DNA of 64,000 bases from Selaginella moellendorffii. Taxonomy: Eukaryota; Plantae; Lycopodiophyta. The notes below the pieces were generated by a model that had not been told where the DNA came from, did no database searches, and worked only from the letters and a program-made list of their open reading frames with translations. Both the position numbers and the translations under genes were made by a program. Positions within the stretch are counted from its first letter, which is position 1. Each line of letters starts with the position of its first letter. Shown here piece by piece: positions 24,674-37,768 of the stretch. The stretch spans positions 757,769 to 821,768 of the forward strand of contig NW_003314308.1 of assembly GCF_000143415.4 (NCBI RefSeq). Reading direction: 5' to 3'.

Positions 24674-26257
24674 ATGCGCGCCGTGTCGAGCTCGTCGTGC
24701 CACTGCTGCTGCTCGGTCGATGCCGGGGAGCTGCGCGAGGCGGCCAAGAGCTGGACAGCGCCGGCGGGGGCCGCGGCGAGGAGAAGAGCCAAGGGATTGC
24801 GGCTGCGAGCGTCTGTGGGCGTGGATGGAAGCCCCGTGGGAGCGAACAACGTGCCGGATTACAGGGTCTTCTCCACCATGATCGCTGATAGCCCCGCGGC
24901 GCTGCCATCGCAGCAAAAGGTTTACGATGTGGTGCTCAAGCAAGCTGCCTTGGTCGAGAAGCTGGGGAAGCTCGAGAAGTTCCCAGCGATCCCTGTGACG
25001 AACAGAGATCTCTTGGAAGAGGCGTATACCAGGTGTGGAGAGATTTGTGCCGAATATGCCAAGACCTTCTATCTAGGTGGGACGATTCTAAACGCGCGAA
25101 TGATTCTTCTCACGAATGGTGTGGTGTTTGTAGGGACTTTGCTGATGACTCCAGAGAGAAGGAAAGCGATCTGGGCGATATATGGTGAGTTGATCTAGAA
25201 GAACTCTTTGTTTTTTCTTTGTTTTGTTTCTACTTCCTTTGCGGCATCCGTGATTTGTTTTTTGTTTTCTATTGAGCTAGTGTGGTGCAGGAGAACTGAC
25301 GAGCTCGTGGACGGGCCAAACGCAGCACACATAACTCCCACGGCGCTGGATCGCTGGGAGCAAAGGCTAGAAGATCTCTTCGTTGGAAGGCCTTTTGACA
25401 TGCTCGATGGAGCACTGGCAGACACTGTTTCGAAGTATCCGGTTGACATCCAGGTATTCTAAAGACACTTCTCTTGCGGATATTATATGCTGATCATTCC
25501 TTCGAATCGTTCATGCAGCCGTTCCGGGACATGATAGAAGGCATGCGACTGGATCTGGTAAAGTCGAGGTACAAAAATTTTGACGAGCTTTACCTGTATT
25601 GCTACTACGTCGCCGGCACTGTGGGACTCATGAGCGTGCCAGTGATGGGCATTGCGCCGGAATCCAACGCTAGCGTGGAGAGCGTCTACAATGCCGGCTT
25701 GGCCTTGGGCATCGCGAATCAGCTAACCAACATTCTCCGGGACGTCGGGGAAGAGTGAGCCTGAGATCATCCTTTGCTTTTGAGAAAACTCAAGCTTGAT
25801 TTGCTGTCCAGTGCCGGGAGAGGACGAGTCTATCTCCCTCAAGACGAGCTCGCCAAGTTCGGCCTATCGGACGAGGACATCTTCGCGGGCAAAGTTACTA
25901 ACAAGTGGAGAGCGTTCATGAAGGACCAGATAACGAGAGCTCGGATGTTCTTCAAGGAGGCCGAGCTGGGTGTCATGGAGCTAGACAAAGACAGCCGGTG
26001 GCCTGTAAGTCAACAGCACGTTTTCTAGCTTCGCTTTCTAGCGCTTTCGATCGCTTACGTTTTCTAGCGTGGCTTTTTTCCAGGTGTGGGCTTCGCTGCT
26101 GCTGTACCAGCAGATTCTAGACTCAATCGAGGCCAACGATTACGACAATTTCAAGCGAAGAGCCTACGTTGGCAAGTGGAAGAAGCTCGTGTCACTTCCC
26201 AGCGCCTACGTTCGTGCTATCTCGCCGGATGTCTCTCGCCTCGTTCCAATGAGCTGA
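24674..26257 (+). CDS. PSY: Phytoene synthase (multi-exon)
   Basis: [84 protein letters not shown]. Confidence 0.97.
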
Positions 26258-26519
26258 GATTGGTGGAGCGGGCGATTCCATCCTCGCGCCAGAGATCGCC
26301 CAAATACCTCCTAAAACAGCCAGGAAGAACAGGATTAGAGATTTTCTTCCCGAGAGAGGAAGAAACTTGTCCAGGCCTCTCTCACTAAATCAAAGAGATT
26401 CTTTCCACTGGGAGCGTTTCCTTCTTTGTTTAAGAACAAGCCTTCGATCAAAACATCTTGATCGGGCTACTAAGTGATCGCGATCGATCGATCGCGCAGT
26501 GGTGCTACACGCTGTTTGA

Positions 26520-26972
26520 TCACACGGACGATGCAAATGCCTGGTTTTCTTCTTCCTCCTCCTCTTGCTCGCGCGGCGATTGATGGCTCTGCTCGTGCTC
26601 CGCCGGCGGCTTTTGATCGCTGGCGTGATGGTGTCGCCCAATGCTGTAGACGAAATGGAGCTGCTTGCTCTCCACTTTGGTGAGATCCATATGCCGGAGG
26701 ATGCCCAGCACACACCCAGAGAGTATCACAGCCACCATCAGAGCTACCAGGATTGCAAGCAAAAGGAGGCCGGGATTGATCATCCTCTCTTTCCCAGCAG
26801 GATCGAGGAGGCACTTGGAAAGATCTGCAAGCTCCTCTTCTTCCTCCTCTTCCAGCGAGGAACTGGAGACAGCGGCTTGAAGAAGAAGAAGAGCTCGCTC
26901 GCTCGCTCGGTCGTGGTGCGAAGAATCAGTGGCTCCAAAGTGGTGGAGGGCACGCACATATTCCAGCTCCAT
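26520..26972 (-). CDS. Small single-pass membrane protein of unknown function
   Basis: About 150 aa ORF with acidic tracts and one hydrophobic segment (GLLLLAILVALMVAVILSGCVLGIL). Coding-like GC content. Start codon uncertain. Confidence 0.45.
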   Translation of the reverse strand: MELEYVRALHHFGATDSSHHDRASERALLLLQAAVSSSSLEEEEEEELADLSKCLLDPAGKERMINPGLLLLAILVALMVAVILSGCVLGILRHMDLTKVESKQLHFVYSIGRHHHASDQKPPAEHEQSHQSPREQEEEEEENQAFASSV

Positions 26973-27029
26973 ACTTGACAATCCAAATCCACCTGCGCGC
27001 ACTCGCTAGATCCATGACGCTAACGTGTG

Positions 27030-27160
27030 TGCTCACCATGGAAAGTTCCCTTCGTTTTTTAACAATGCGTCCTCCCACCATGGATATGCGAAGAAGGGGT
27101 CGCTCACCATGGAAAATTCCCCTCGTTATTTTAACAATTCGTCCCACCATGGATATGCGA
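27030..27160. repeat. Two-copy ~72-bp tandem repeat
   Basis: gctcaccatggaaa...ttttaacaat.cgtcc..accatggatatgcga occurs twice. Confidence 0.8.
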
Positions 27161-27539
27161 TCAAGGAATATGCAAATAGTCCTAGACTTTACTAATCTCA
27201 CTTTAATGCAATATTTAAAAAGATGTAGCATGAAATCGCACCCACCACTAAACCAAATGGATAACTCTAGAAGAGACATTCGCTTAAAAAATGCAGGTTT
27301 GTCTGAACACTAAAGTTGCCACATTTCTATTTCTTATATTGAGTCTTCTGCAGAAAGTTTCAGCATTGGTTACTGAACTGTACAAGAGCACACTCTTCTG
27401 ATAATGGGCCTTGCTTGCATTTTGAAGAGTTTGGTCTTTATTTCTCAAAGACAGGATGAAAAACCTTGCTCAGAGCTCTATCGCACACGTAGCGTCGACC
27501 AAGAGCACCATGCTTATGCTGTGGTTTTATTTAGATTGC

Positions 27540-29945
27540 TTAATCTTTCAGAATGTTAGCAACTGGGAACATGCTCTGCAGTGAAGGGCCCTGAATCTTC
27601 TCAAGCTTGTTGTGCTTGTCCAACATGGGGACCTTATCGATCTTATGGATAGCGTGAAATAGTCGCAGCAGGTCTTCGCCCAAGACACCAGCAAATGCAC
27701 CAAGGCCAGCTACCTTGAGGATGACTTGATTGTCTCTCTCCATGTTTAGCCACGCCACCTCCTGCCTTTGCTCCAATGAGTCTAGATGAAGCCTCCGCAT
27801 ACGGGCTTCAAGTTGCACCTCGTCCGGTTCAGCAGACTCTTCCGTTTCCGAAAACTCCTCTTCCACCTGTTCCTTGTCCTTGGCTGCTATGGCCAAGCTC
27901 ACAGCTTTCGTCTTCATGTTCTTCCTCAGTGCAGCTTCGACGTCGTACGGATCCACAAGAACCGCCTCTGCCCCCATAATATCGCCCACGTTCATGTAGA
28001 GGCTCAAGAAAGGAAGCGCGTCTGAGATTTGGACCCCACCGTACTGCGGCGACACCTTGGCTAAGCCACCATCTCCCGGATTGGTGATACGGAGCTTCAC
28101 CTGTACGTGCACCAAAGTCACCTGTGCGTCTTCTAGCAACCATGGCAGAAAGAAGTCGACTCCCCATGTCCCGTCGTAGCAGATGATCGCACACCTTCGC
28201 TCAAGACATTCTCTTATGTCCTGGGCATCCACCTTGAAGCTCGGCTTATGTATCTTGTGGAAGGATGTGCACGTCAACTTGCCACGCGCAAACTCCTTCA
28301 GCTGGTCGGTGTCCAAGCTCCTTAACTCCTGTACTTGCATCGCCTGCTGCTTCCCGCTCCTGTACTTAGCAAATTCTGTCAGAGACTTCCCAACCAAGTG
28401 CTCGATGAACTTGTCCACGGTACAGGAACTCTCTTCGCCGCTTGCTTTATCAAAAGCCCGTAGAAGGAGAGCCTAGCCACCAGATCCCCTTTGAAGCCTC
28501 TATAAACCTCCCCGCACCTCTTGCAGGTGAGAGTATAGTTCAACGTTCCTCTTGTCTTCATCCAGCTTCCTCATCACCTGGGCAGCAGCCTGTGCGAGAA
28601 CGGGCTCCATAGCCGTGCCGACCCAGATTTGCTCGCGATTTGGCTCCACCTTGACGACGGTCATGAGATGAGCCGCGACCAGCTTGCTTGTAAGGCTACA
28701 GGTAGGATCGAAGTCGATGGCACACCTCGCCCCTAACACAGCTAAAGCGGCAGCCGTTGTCAGATGCTCGTAAGTATTCCACGCGCTTACGCCTCCAAGT
28801 AGCTTGTTGCGTGCCATATTTATCACCTTTCGCATGGGTGTGAGCCTTTTGGCTAGAGCGCCGCGGAAGACAGCCCACCACAGAGGCCGTCCATACTGCA
28901 GAGGATAGTGCTCTGATAGTATACCCGCATCCAGTCCGTGAGCTTGACAAACTTCAGCCCACTGCTTGACTCCTATATCTGCACAGAAGCAGCCCCAACT
29001 CGGAGACGCCAGGCTAAAAGCTTCTAAAGCCAGCCTGTCTGATGGCGAAATTTGGTAACAGGAAATGAGTATCTGAGAAGACCGCCAGCACACCGTCATC
29101 CGGCTGAAGCGCTGCTGTTGCACGGCGCAAAGGTAGGGAAATGTTGTTGTCTATCCCGCTACCGAGCAATTCCCTTGCTTCGTCAAAGACGAGCAACAGT
29201 CGAAGTCCTGCCTTTTGAGGCAGGTGACAGACGGCCTCCTGCATAATCGTCTGCGCCTCTGTTTCCCAAGAGTAAAAGTTCTCCTCCCTGCTTTCCTCCG
29301 GTTCATAGAAGACGTTCAGTTGATCCAGCAGTGTCGGATACATACCCAATATCCTCACCTTGACATCTTTCCAGAAGTTTACTCTGAAGAGATATGATGG
29401 ACAAGGGTGATTCTAAGAATAGTCAATATATAACATCATAGCTATATATACATGATCAAGAGCGTATACTGAACATATTCCCGTCTCGTTACCCATGTAG
29501 AGAGACTGTACGAAGGTCTCCTGGTTTATCGCTTCCTCTGCGGCCTTAGCAACCTGTTCAATGCAAGCTATTATGTAAGCCAGGCAGAAAGCCATGCAGT
29601 CCAGTTGAGCATGAAAATCTATGCTCAGCCCGTCCGCATAGAACCAGTCTGCTATGTAGGATTTCTTTGGATAACCTGCCCCAAGTTGCAGGGAACAGTA
29701 GACGACCCAAACATTCTTCCGATGCAGCTCGCAATCATGCGCCATTTTCCCCAACCACTGGATTGGAGAAGAGAAGCGATGCGAGTGAAAGTGGACTCTT
29801 TAAGCACCACTTCCAGAGCGTCGTATAGAACTCCCACATTTGACTCCGAGACGAATCTCAGGCGGAACGCTTCATCTGCAAACACATCAGATCAAACCAT
29901 CATGGCGCATGGGTGCACAAGCTTACTTGTAACCAACGCTCCCAT
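27540..29945 (-). pseudogene. Crinkler/RHS-type P-loop NTPase plus PD-(D/E)xK nuclease gene, frameshifted
   Basis: Walker A SLLQSSGWGKWRM, Walker B LLLVFDEARELL, VFSDT, YGRPLW, LVAAHL, EPVLAQAA, GFKGDLVARL, C-terminal GVDFFLP...VHVQVK. Two short GT-AG introns and several frameshifts (e.g. ~29733, ~29060, ~28470-28510). Confidence 0.75.
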
Positions 29946-30229
29946 GGCCGAGGATTAGACCCTATCCGTGTTTAAGATCTGTTTTGGGTTACAAGAATAG
30001 ATATGGGCGTGTTTATTTAGAATTAGAATAGGTCTAATGGCGAGTTCAATGATATCTTAAAGCTTCCCCGAAAAGCTTACAATGACAACGCATTTGCCAG
30101 AGGTCCAGTTTTTGGGAAGCTACATATTCACTAGGAATCTCCCTCATTTAGGATTTAGAGAAAATGACGAAGAAATTTCTGCAATATTGCACATTCCCGT
30201 TTGGACTATCAGTCGTTTTCCTTATTCTC

Positions 30230-31030
30230 AGGCTAAATTACATCGAAGATGAGATAGTGGCAGCTCCTTCACCATCTGTGCGTATCAAAATCTCCACTCT
30301 GGAAGCCCACATTCTTTTAAGACTTCTTTTCTTTGCGTTTAAGGCGTCAAAGACACTGAGCTAATTGTGATATGAAGGACAAGGTTTGTGATTGAGTCCT
30401 CTTTAGTTTTGCTATGGTGATTTGATGTTCATGGTTGCTATGTTTATGGTGATCTCTATTGACACAAAGGCGAGTTTCCAATTTCGTTGTCCTTCGCTTC
30501 TCGACTTATAGGAGAGATCTCTTGTAGGATTTATGGAGACTGGATCTCAACACAACTGTGTAGGAGCAGCTTCAACTAAAAGGCCCCCCTGGACATAGAT
30601 TGGTGACCATTGCTCTTTAAAAATCTCTAAAAACAATTTTCTCGTTTTTGGCACAGGGTCATAAGCTCATCATGTTTGGTGGATTCTATAACACCAAAGG
30701 TTGTTTAGTATTGAATGCCTAACACAAGTACTTCAATGATATTTGCATGCTGGATTTAGACGGCTACAAGGTCGGTGCCACTTGACTACGGTTTGTGGCA
30801 CCAGGTACGAGGGTGCATGTTTTCGTCAATGCAGTAAGTCTTTGTTCCATTGCGATCAACTTTCAGATATATCATTAGAGCATACTACGACTCTAGAACA
30901 GATTTACAACGATATCCTGCTAGCAGGGCTATTTTTCAGGAGGAAGTCCAGAGCAATGCCAAGAGAGCAAGAGTAGCAGCAATGGCAAGCTCAAAATGAG
31001 GGGAGGCGCACAGCCCCTTGCTTGAGGTGG
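30230..31030 (+). pseudogene. KLHDC4: Kelch domain-containing protein 4-like pseudogene fragment
   Basis: VAAPSP, KDTELIV, YVYGDLY, DLWRLDLNTTV*EQLQLKG, HKLIMFGGFYNT, KYFNDICMLDLDGYK, with intron remnants and stops. Confidence 0.75.
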
Positions 31031-31419
31031 CCAAGACTAGCCTCACTTTCAAGCCCTCAAATCCATTGTCCATGGTAGATTAATTTTAACATGGTAAAAA
31101 AAGCTTTGATTTTTTCAACATGTGAACTATCCATCTGTCTCATCCAAGTGTGTTAAAGAGATTTGCCACCAGTTTAGAAACCAAAAATTGATTAACCCAA
31201 AACCCTCAAAATTCCATTACATTTGTTATTTGGACCTTCCTTATAAAAAAAAAAAGAGGTAGTTAGGGTTTTTTAGTTGATGGGTAAAAGAAGCATTAAT
31301 GATATACTGTTGTCAACACGCATTTTGTAATCATATTGACCTAAGTGTTCAATAAACTCTAATTGAATTAATCTCATTGAATGTTCTAAGACCTAGCATT
31401 AATAGCTTGTAACAATTGT

Positions 31420-32350
31420 AAAGGTAAATTAGAAATATTAGAATCATGATTATATAAGAATTTATATAATGAAGCATCAACAAAACTTTACCCCCTATAA
31501 CACATGTATATAAGATGGGTATTGGCAAATGTCAATGTCCAAAAAGGATGTCCTTTAATTTATTTTTCAGATACCATTTGATTTATACAAGATTTTGGTG
31601 ATGTTGTCAAATTGATCAAATAATATCTCCAAAATGTTAAATTACCTATAAAAATTTGGTTTAAAGCTATTGTGGGTCAAAGTGCATATAAGTTATTTTG
31701 GGTATTGCATTTATACCAAAGGTTTATAAGTTGATCCTAAAAAACTTTTAGATGTTTTGAATTTCTTTACTTTGAAGTGTGTGAATAATATGCAACACTT
31801 CCTTTGCAATATTTTAGTCATATTATTGATTATTTTTCTAATTGTACTTCACCATTATAAATATTGCTAAAGTCGTTAACATCATCTTTTGTTTAGTTTG
31901 AAGACTACAAACACACATTTGTGTATCTCAAAATAATGTTAATAATTCTTTTAATTTTGGCATATCTTGACTACACTCAATCCTTCATCCTGCATATAGA
32001 TGCTTCCAAATCTGGTTTTAGAGGTGTTGATGTAATAGAGTATAAATATGTTTAGTTAGCATAATCCTATATGTACATCAATCATACATTGCAAATAGCA
32101 AAAGTGAAATACTTTATAATAAATAATAAGTGTTTAGTTGCAATTTAAGATTTCAAGAAGTTTCATACATACTTATATGGTTTTTAAATATGACTAAAGG
32201 GAAATCATGTTGTAACCACTTTATTATTGAAGTAGAAGAACTTAGTTGGTCATACTAATTAGTAGGACTTAAAACTTTTAATATATAACTTTAAAATCAT
32301 TCCTTTTTTATGGAGTTTTATGGTTGATATTGAAGCTCTTTTTTGAGTTT
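31420..32350 (+). mobile_element. Decayed Ty3/gypsy RT-RNase H relic
   Basis: GYWQM motif near 31517 and DYTQSFILHIDASKSGFRGV near 31970. No intact ORF. Confidence 0.6.
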
Positions 32351-32581
32351 TTTTCCCTTCTTTGCTCTCTTATCATGTTCATAAAGTACTTATTGTTCTA
32401 GCACTAATAGATTTTTTTTAACAAATATTTATAGTTGTTATGCTTGATGTTTAGTGTTCATAAGGTGTGAAGCTAGATTTACCTTCTTTGGACAAAATTT
32501 GTAAAGCTCAAAAGATATGTTAGTCTTTCTATTAAGTAAAAATGCAACATGATGTCATCTAGTATATACATAATTGTTTTC

Positions 32582-35500
32582 GGTGCCATGTGGTAGTGGC
32601 TGAAGCAGAAACTAAACGAGCGTAATATGTTTGGATTAAAAGCTCTAACTTGAAAAGTCAAGAGCAGGAGTGGAACTCCCAATGAAGTGTTTGAGGACCG
32701 AGCATGAAGCGATTAATAAATGAGTCTCTAAAAAAGGGACATAAGTAATAACATATGGAAGTGTTAGGATTGAGTCTGAGATGGACTCAAAATGAAGTCT
32801 AAGATGGAGTTCAAGATGGAGTCTAAGAAAAAGTCTGAGATGGAGTCTAAGATGGAGTTTGAGATGGACCCGAGATGAAGTCTGAAATAGAGTTCTAGAA
32901 GGAGTCCATGATGGAGTTCAAGATGGAGTCTGAGATGGAGTTAGAGAAGACATCTGAGAAGAGTCTGAGTGGAGCTTGAGATGGAGCCTGAGGTCAATTT
33001 TGATATAGAAACCAAGATCAAGTCCAAGATTGAGATTGAGACTAAGACCGAGACCAAGACTGAGACTGAGACCAAAACCAAAACTGAGATCGAGATCGAG
33101 ACCAAGTCTAAGTCTAAATCTAAGTTTGAGGGTGAAAGCCTAAAGTAATTGTCTCCCACCCTGAGGGGTTTAATGAGCTCCAAAAGGATAGTAAGGGGAG
33201 GATTCTAGTGGAATTAATTTGGTAGAAATGTTAATATGACCAAGGAAGGTTATATCCATATGGTGGGTGATAATATAACCATTGTGGAGTTCAAGGCTAC
33301 AATGAACACGAATGAATAAGTGACGTAACTTGGTGGAGTGTTCAAGAGTTTACTTTAACTCCCTTGGGAGATCGAATGATCGATGTTCCCAATCCAAGTG
33401 CAAGTGGCACTATTTATTTAGATACTTAGCATGGCTCATTGGAACTTCACTATAGCCACATGGTTAAAGCACCCAAAGGTAGAAGGTGAGGAGAGCACCA
33501 CAAGGCTTGCATAAGGTGACGGTGTTTCGAAATATTGTCTTAAAGTCCCAGTGGAAAAAAAGAGTAATCCTCTTGCATAGTGACAAAAGACATTGTCACA
33601 TGGTGAGGAAGTTCTATTAGTCAATAGGACTAAGTAGTTGGGCCTTCAAGCCTTGATTTAGTGGTGGTGTTAGCGAGCACTACCGTGGATAGAGTGGGAC
33701 TTGGTAGGACCGATGGAGGGATATTGGGGAAAGGTGTTCCCCATGTCTTTAAGCAGTCTAAGTAATAGGCGAATATGTTAATGGTACATTTGGAGTGTTA
33801 GTTATAGAATCAAACAAATGGAGCATTTGAACCAAGTGCAAAGTGTGAGACACAAAATCCCTAGGCCCCAAAGTGGAGCCGGAAAGGGTGCCACATGGTA
33901 GTGGCCGAAGCGAAAGCCAAACGAGCATAACACGTTTGGACTAAAAGCTCCAACTTGGAAGGTCGAGAGCGAGAGTGGAACTCCCAACAAAGTGCTGGAG
34001 GAGCAAGTACGAGGCAACCAATAAGCAAGGCTCCAAAAAGAGACCCAAAAAGGACCAACACATGACACGTGGAAGTGTCCGAGATGGAGTCTGAGGCAGA
34101 CCCAAGTTGGAGTCCGAGATGGACCCAAAATGGAGTCCGAGATGGACCCGAAGTGGAGTCCGATATGGAGTCCGATATGGAGTCCGAAGTGGAGTCCGAA
34201 GTGGAGTCCGAGATGGAGTCCGATATGGAGTCCGAGATGGACCCGAAGTGGAGTCCGAGATGGACCCAATATGGAGTTCGAGATGGACCCGAGATGGAGT
34301 CCGAGATGGAGTCCGAGATGGAACCGAGACCGAGACCGAGACCGAGGCCAAGACCAGGGCCGAGACCGAGTCCGAGTCCGAAATTGGGACCGAGACCGAG
34401 TCCGAGTCCGAGTTCGAGCCCGAGTCCGAGTCCGAATACTAATACAGACAGTTGGGTGAAAGCCCAAAGCGATCGTCCCCCAGGGGGGGGGGGGGGGGGG
34501 GCTCCCGGGGGTTCCAAAATTTATTAGGGAAAGTGTGGGGGTTGGACCCCCAGGGAGCCCGTTTGGCCCGGAAAGGCCATTTTGGCCCAGGAAGGCCAAA
34601 CCCCGGGTTGGGGGATGGGCTGACCCTTGGGAAGTCCAAAACTAAGGTGAACCCGGCCCCACAAGCGGGGTATCTTGGTGAAATGTTTAAAAACCGGCTT
34701 TTTTTCCCCCGGGAGAACCACTGGCCGATGCTCCCAGTCCAAGGGGGGGGGGCCCTACCTTCTTGGATACCAAGCGTGACTCAACGGAACCTCGCTCTAA
34801 GCCCATGGCTAGAGCACCCAAGGGCGGAAGGCGGGGAGAGTACCCAGGTGGCTCGCGTAAGGCCACGGTGTTCCGAAATGTTGTCCCAAAGGCCCAGACT
34901 GTGGAAAGGAAGAGGAGCAGTCCTCTGGGGTAGTGACCAAGGACACAGTCGTGTGGTGAAGAAGTCCCAAAGGACCGTGGGGCTTAGTGGTCGGGCCTGT
35001 GGGCCTCGATCCAGTGGCAGTGTTGGCAAACACGGCCAAGGGCAGAAAGGGACTTAGTGGGGACTGACAGAAGGATATTGGGGAAGGCTATTCCCCTTGT
35101 CGGTGAGCATCCTAAGGATGCTAAGGAGTGGATCTGAGATGACCACTCACGGATGGTTTGCCTAGTCTTGGAGAGCCAAGACTGTGATGCAAGTGGTATT
35201 GGACTATTAGTGTGGCAAAAGTGATTGGGCATGGCCTTAGTGTAACAAGTTGCCATGTCGGTGGTACCTCTGAGTGTCGGTCATGATCGGACACGTGGAG
35301 CACTTGGACCAAGTGCAAAGGTTGAGTGGCATGGATGCCATTCTCGGGGCTAGCAAGTCCCAAGTCCTGAATTGGACTTATGGAGGTTGTGAATGAGACT
35401 CCTCCAAGTGGTCGGAGGTGTGGTTAAGTGACTAAAGTAGAATGGAAAATTTAGTCGCTTACACAAAGGTTGAATGGCATAAATGCCATTCATGAGGCTA

Positions 35501-35612
35501 ACATGTCCCCAAGTTAGGAATAAGATTTATAGAGGTTGTGAGTGAGACTCCTTTAAGTGGTTGAAAGTGTAGTTAAGTGATTAAAGTATAATGAAAAATT
35601 TAGTCACTTACA
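32582..35612 (+). mobile_element. Old LTR family A copy interrupted by a younger family A solo LTR
   Basis: Degenerate homolog of 33844-35463 with a decayed GAGATGGAGTCC array at 32775-32990. Ends TAGTCACTTACA at 35612. Confidence 0.8.
33844..35463 (+). mobile_element. Solo LTR, family A (1620 bp)
   Basis: TGTGAG...CTTACA termini. 5-bp TSD CAAAG at 33839-33843 and 35464-35468. Confidence 0.93.
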
Positions 35613-36650
35613 GATGATTAAAGTTATTTGCTATTCATTTGAGTTGGTGGTATTCAATTTGAGTTTTCCATGGTTTACTGTTAGCAATGAGTACGTCATT
35701 ATTAATTTTAACTATTTGACTCATTGGGTCAATGCTCTTGCTAGTGTGTTTATACTTCCTAATAAATACTTGTTGCACATATGATTATGGGATAAGATTT
35801 AAATATATTGTTACTGAGGATCCTTGGAACCTTAGAGGATAAATGGGAATAAAATAGCCACTAAAGACTCTCTTATCAAGCAATTGCCCTTTTTTCAATT
35901 ATCTTAAAAAGAGAGAGATAGAGTACGCTACATTTGGTATCAGAAGATATGCCTCAGTAAGTACTATCCAATGAAATTAAGTAACTAGTCTTGTTCTAAA
36001 TGCAGAGATGAAAATAATGATCTGAGTGGGTATATATTTAGGTGTTGTAATTGAAGGTATCAAAAGTTATTTGTCAACGAATCTTTTCAAATATTTTTTC
36101 CTTATTGCCACGATAACAAAAAGTCGGTATTGTTAAACCCTTTATCAGTCCCTCTTGTGCAAGTGTTAGTAAATTTGATTGAGCATCTAACTCTCTTTTT
36201 GGATTGTATGCTTGGGAGTTATTCCATGCTTTATTTCTTTTGCTCCTTAACTCCATTTTTAGGAGTTTTGCTCTGTCTCTTCATTCAGTGGCCCAATGCC
36301 TTGAAATTCAAGTTCCGCTCCACTATCATTGGACATGTGGCATGTGATACATGGCACATGGAGGGTTTATGTTCTACTTCATGGTTATTCTATGGTAAAT
36401 CACCATAAGATACAGAGTGAAAACCACATTCATTATAATAGTTCCTCAATCGAGTGGTGTTCTAAGACTCTTATCCAAAATGAATTTTCTTAAATAATGG
36501 TTTTACATTTATGACTGAGGCATTTTATATTTTGATATATTGGCTAAGGATATGCAATATTTTTATGAGTGTTTGTCTGGTTTGGTGAGGGATGATCATG
36601 AAGTACCTGAACTTTCAAGATTTGGATTGGGATGGTTATTTGTTATCTCC

Positions 36651-37768
36651 TGTTGCAAATGTGACTTCGGGTATCGAAATTTATCTGTCGGCTAGTCTGT
36701 TCGGATATTCTTTCCTTATTGCTATGACGGTAGGAGGTCGGTATTGCTAGGTCTTTTATTAATCTCCACCTGAGCTAGTTGAGAAACTGGTCTTCATGTA
36801 TGCACTTGACTAGATGAGCATAAGGACAGAATTTCTAAGTGTTATTAATCAAGCATACTTAACTTGGTTAGAGAAATTCATTCACTGACTTGCACTTGCT
36901 AATGTTAGAAACCCCTACAATATTGAGCTTGGTCCCTCAATGTCACTAGATGATAGCTTACTGTGTCTGCTAAACACCCTCACTATCATGCCCTTTGTAT
37001 TAGTCTCATTTCAGTCCCAAATACTAATTATGGAAAGTGTTTAGATTTGCTTATTTGGCATATTTACAAAATGTAGAGATTGTTCTGAACACAATGGTGT
37101 TCGTCCCGTGTCCAAATTCGCAATCTAAAGATATTCCATATTTAGTAAGTTTCGAGTTTATCCTAGGGACTAACTCCTAGTACTAAGTGAAGTTTGGGGG
37201 GGGGGGGGCGTGAGGTATAAGGGGTTCCAAATGTCCAAATGTATAGTAGGGATAATGGGTAAGTTGGGTATGGTTAACCAACTTGAGGCATAATCTAACT
37301 CCTACTTGTGTGTTTGTCCTTGTTCTGTATTTGGCTTGGGTTTAAGCCCAAGCTCCACACCATGCTAGCTAGTGGAGTGCCTATATCTTTGTGTTAAGCC
37401 ACCGATATGTTAAAATAGCACCAGACTCCATTTGGCTCCACTTTGTATGCTGGTCCTAGCATTAGGATGTTGGATGCTCTAGAACTGTTCCAAGTTGTTT
37501 CATGCTCCTGTCCCTTGGGCTATATGCTCCGAGAGTTACTTTGTGATCTAGTTTCATCACTCCTTGGCTCTATGCTTAGGAGTTTAGCTCCGTACCTTCA
37601 TTCAATAGCCCAAGGCTTTGAAACTCGGGTTTCACACCACTATCCTTAGACACATGGCATGTGGCATATGGTATGTGACACATGGCACATAGAGGGTCTA
37701 CATTCTCCTTCGTGGTTATCCTATGATAAATCACCATAGGATAAAGGGTAAAAACCATGTGTGCTACA
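36651..37768. mobile_element. Solo LTR, family B
   Basis: TGTTGC...GCTACA termini and 5-bp TSD TCTCC on both sides. Empty site in the paralogous copy near 49412. Confidence 0.92.

Noticed and set aside
24215-24943. Several overlapping minus-strand ORFs between CMO and PSY
   Set aside because: GC-rich antisense of the PSY 5' region with no recognisable motif.
22355-26257. CMO plus PSY as a metabolic gene cluster
   Set aside because: Unrelated pathways, and adjacency is expected in a gene-dense genome.
34500-34760. Locally divergent LTR segment next to a G run (also 1-235)
   Set aside because: Differences are concentrated in homopolymers beside poly-G and are probably sequencing error.
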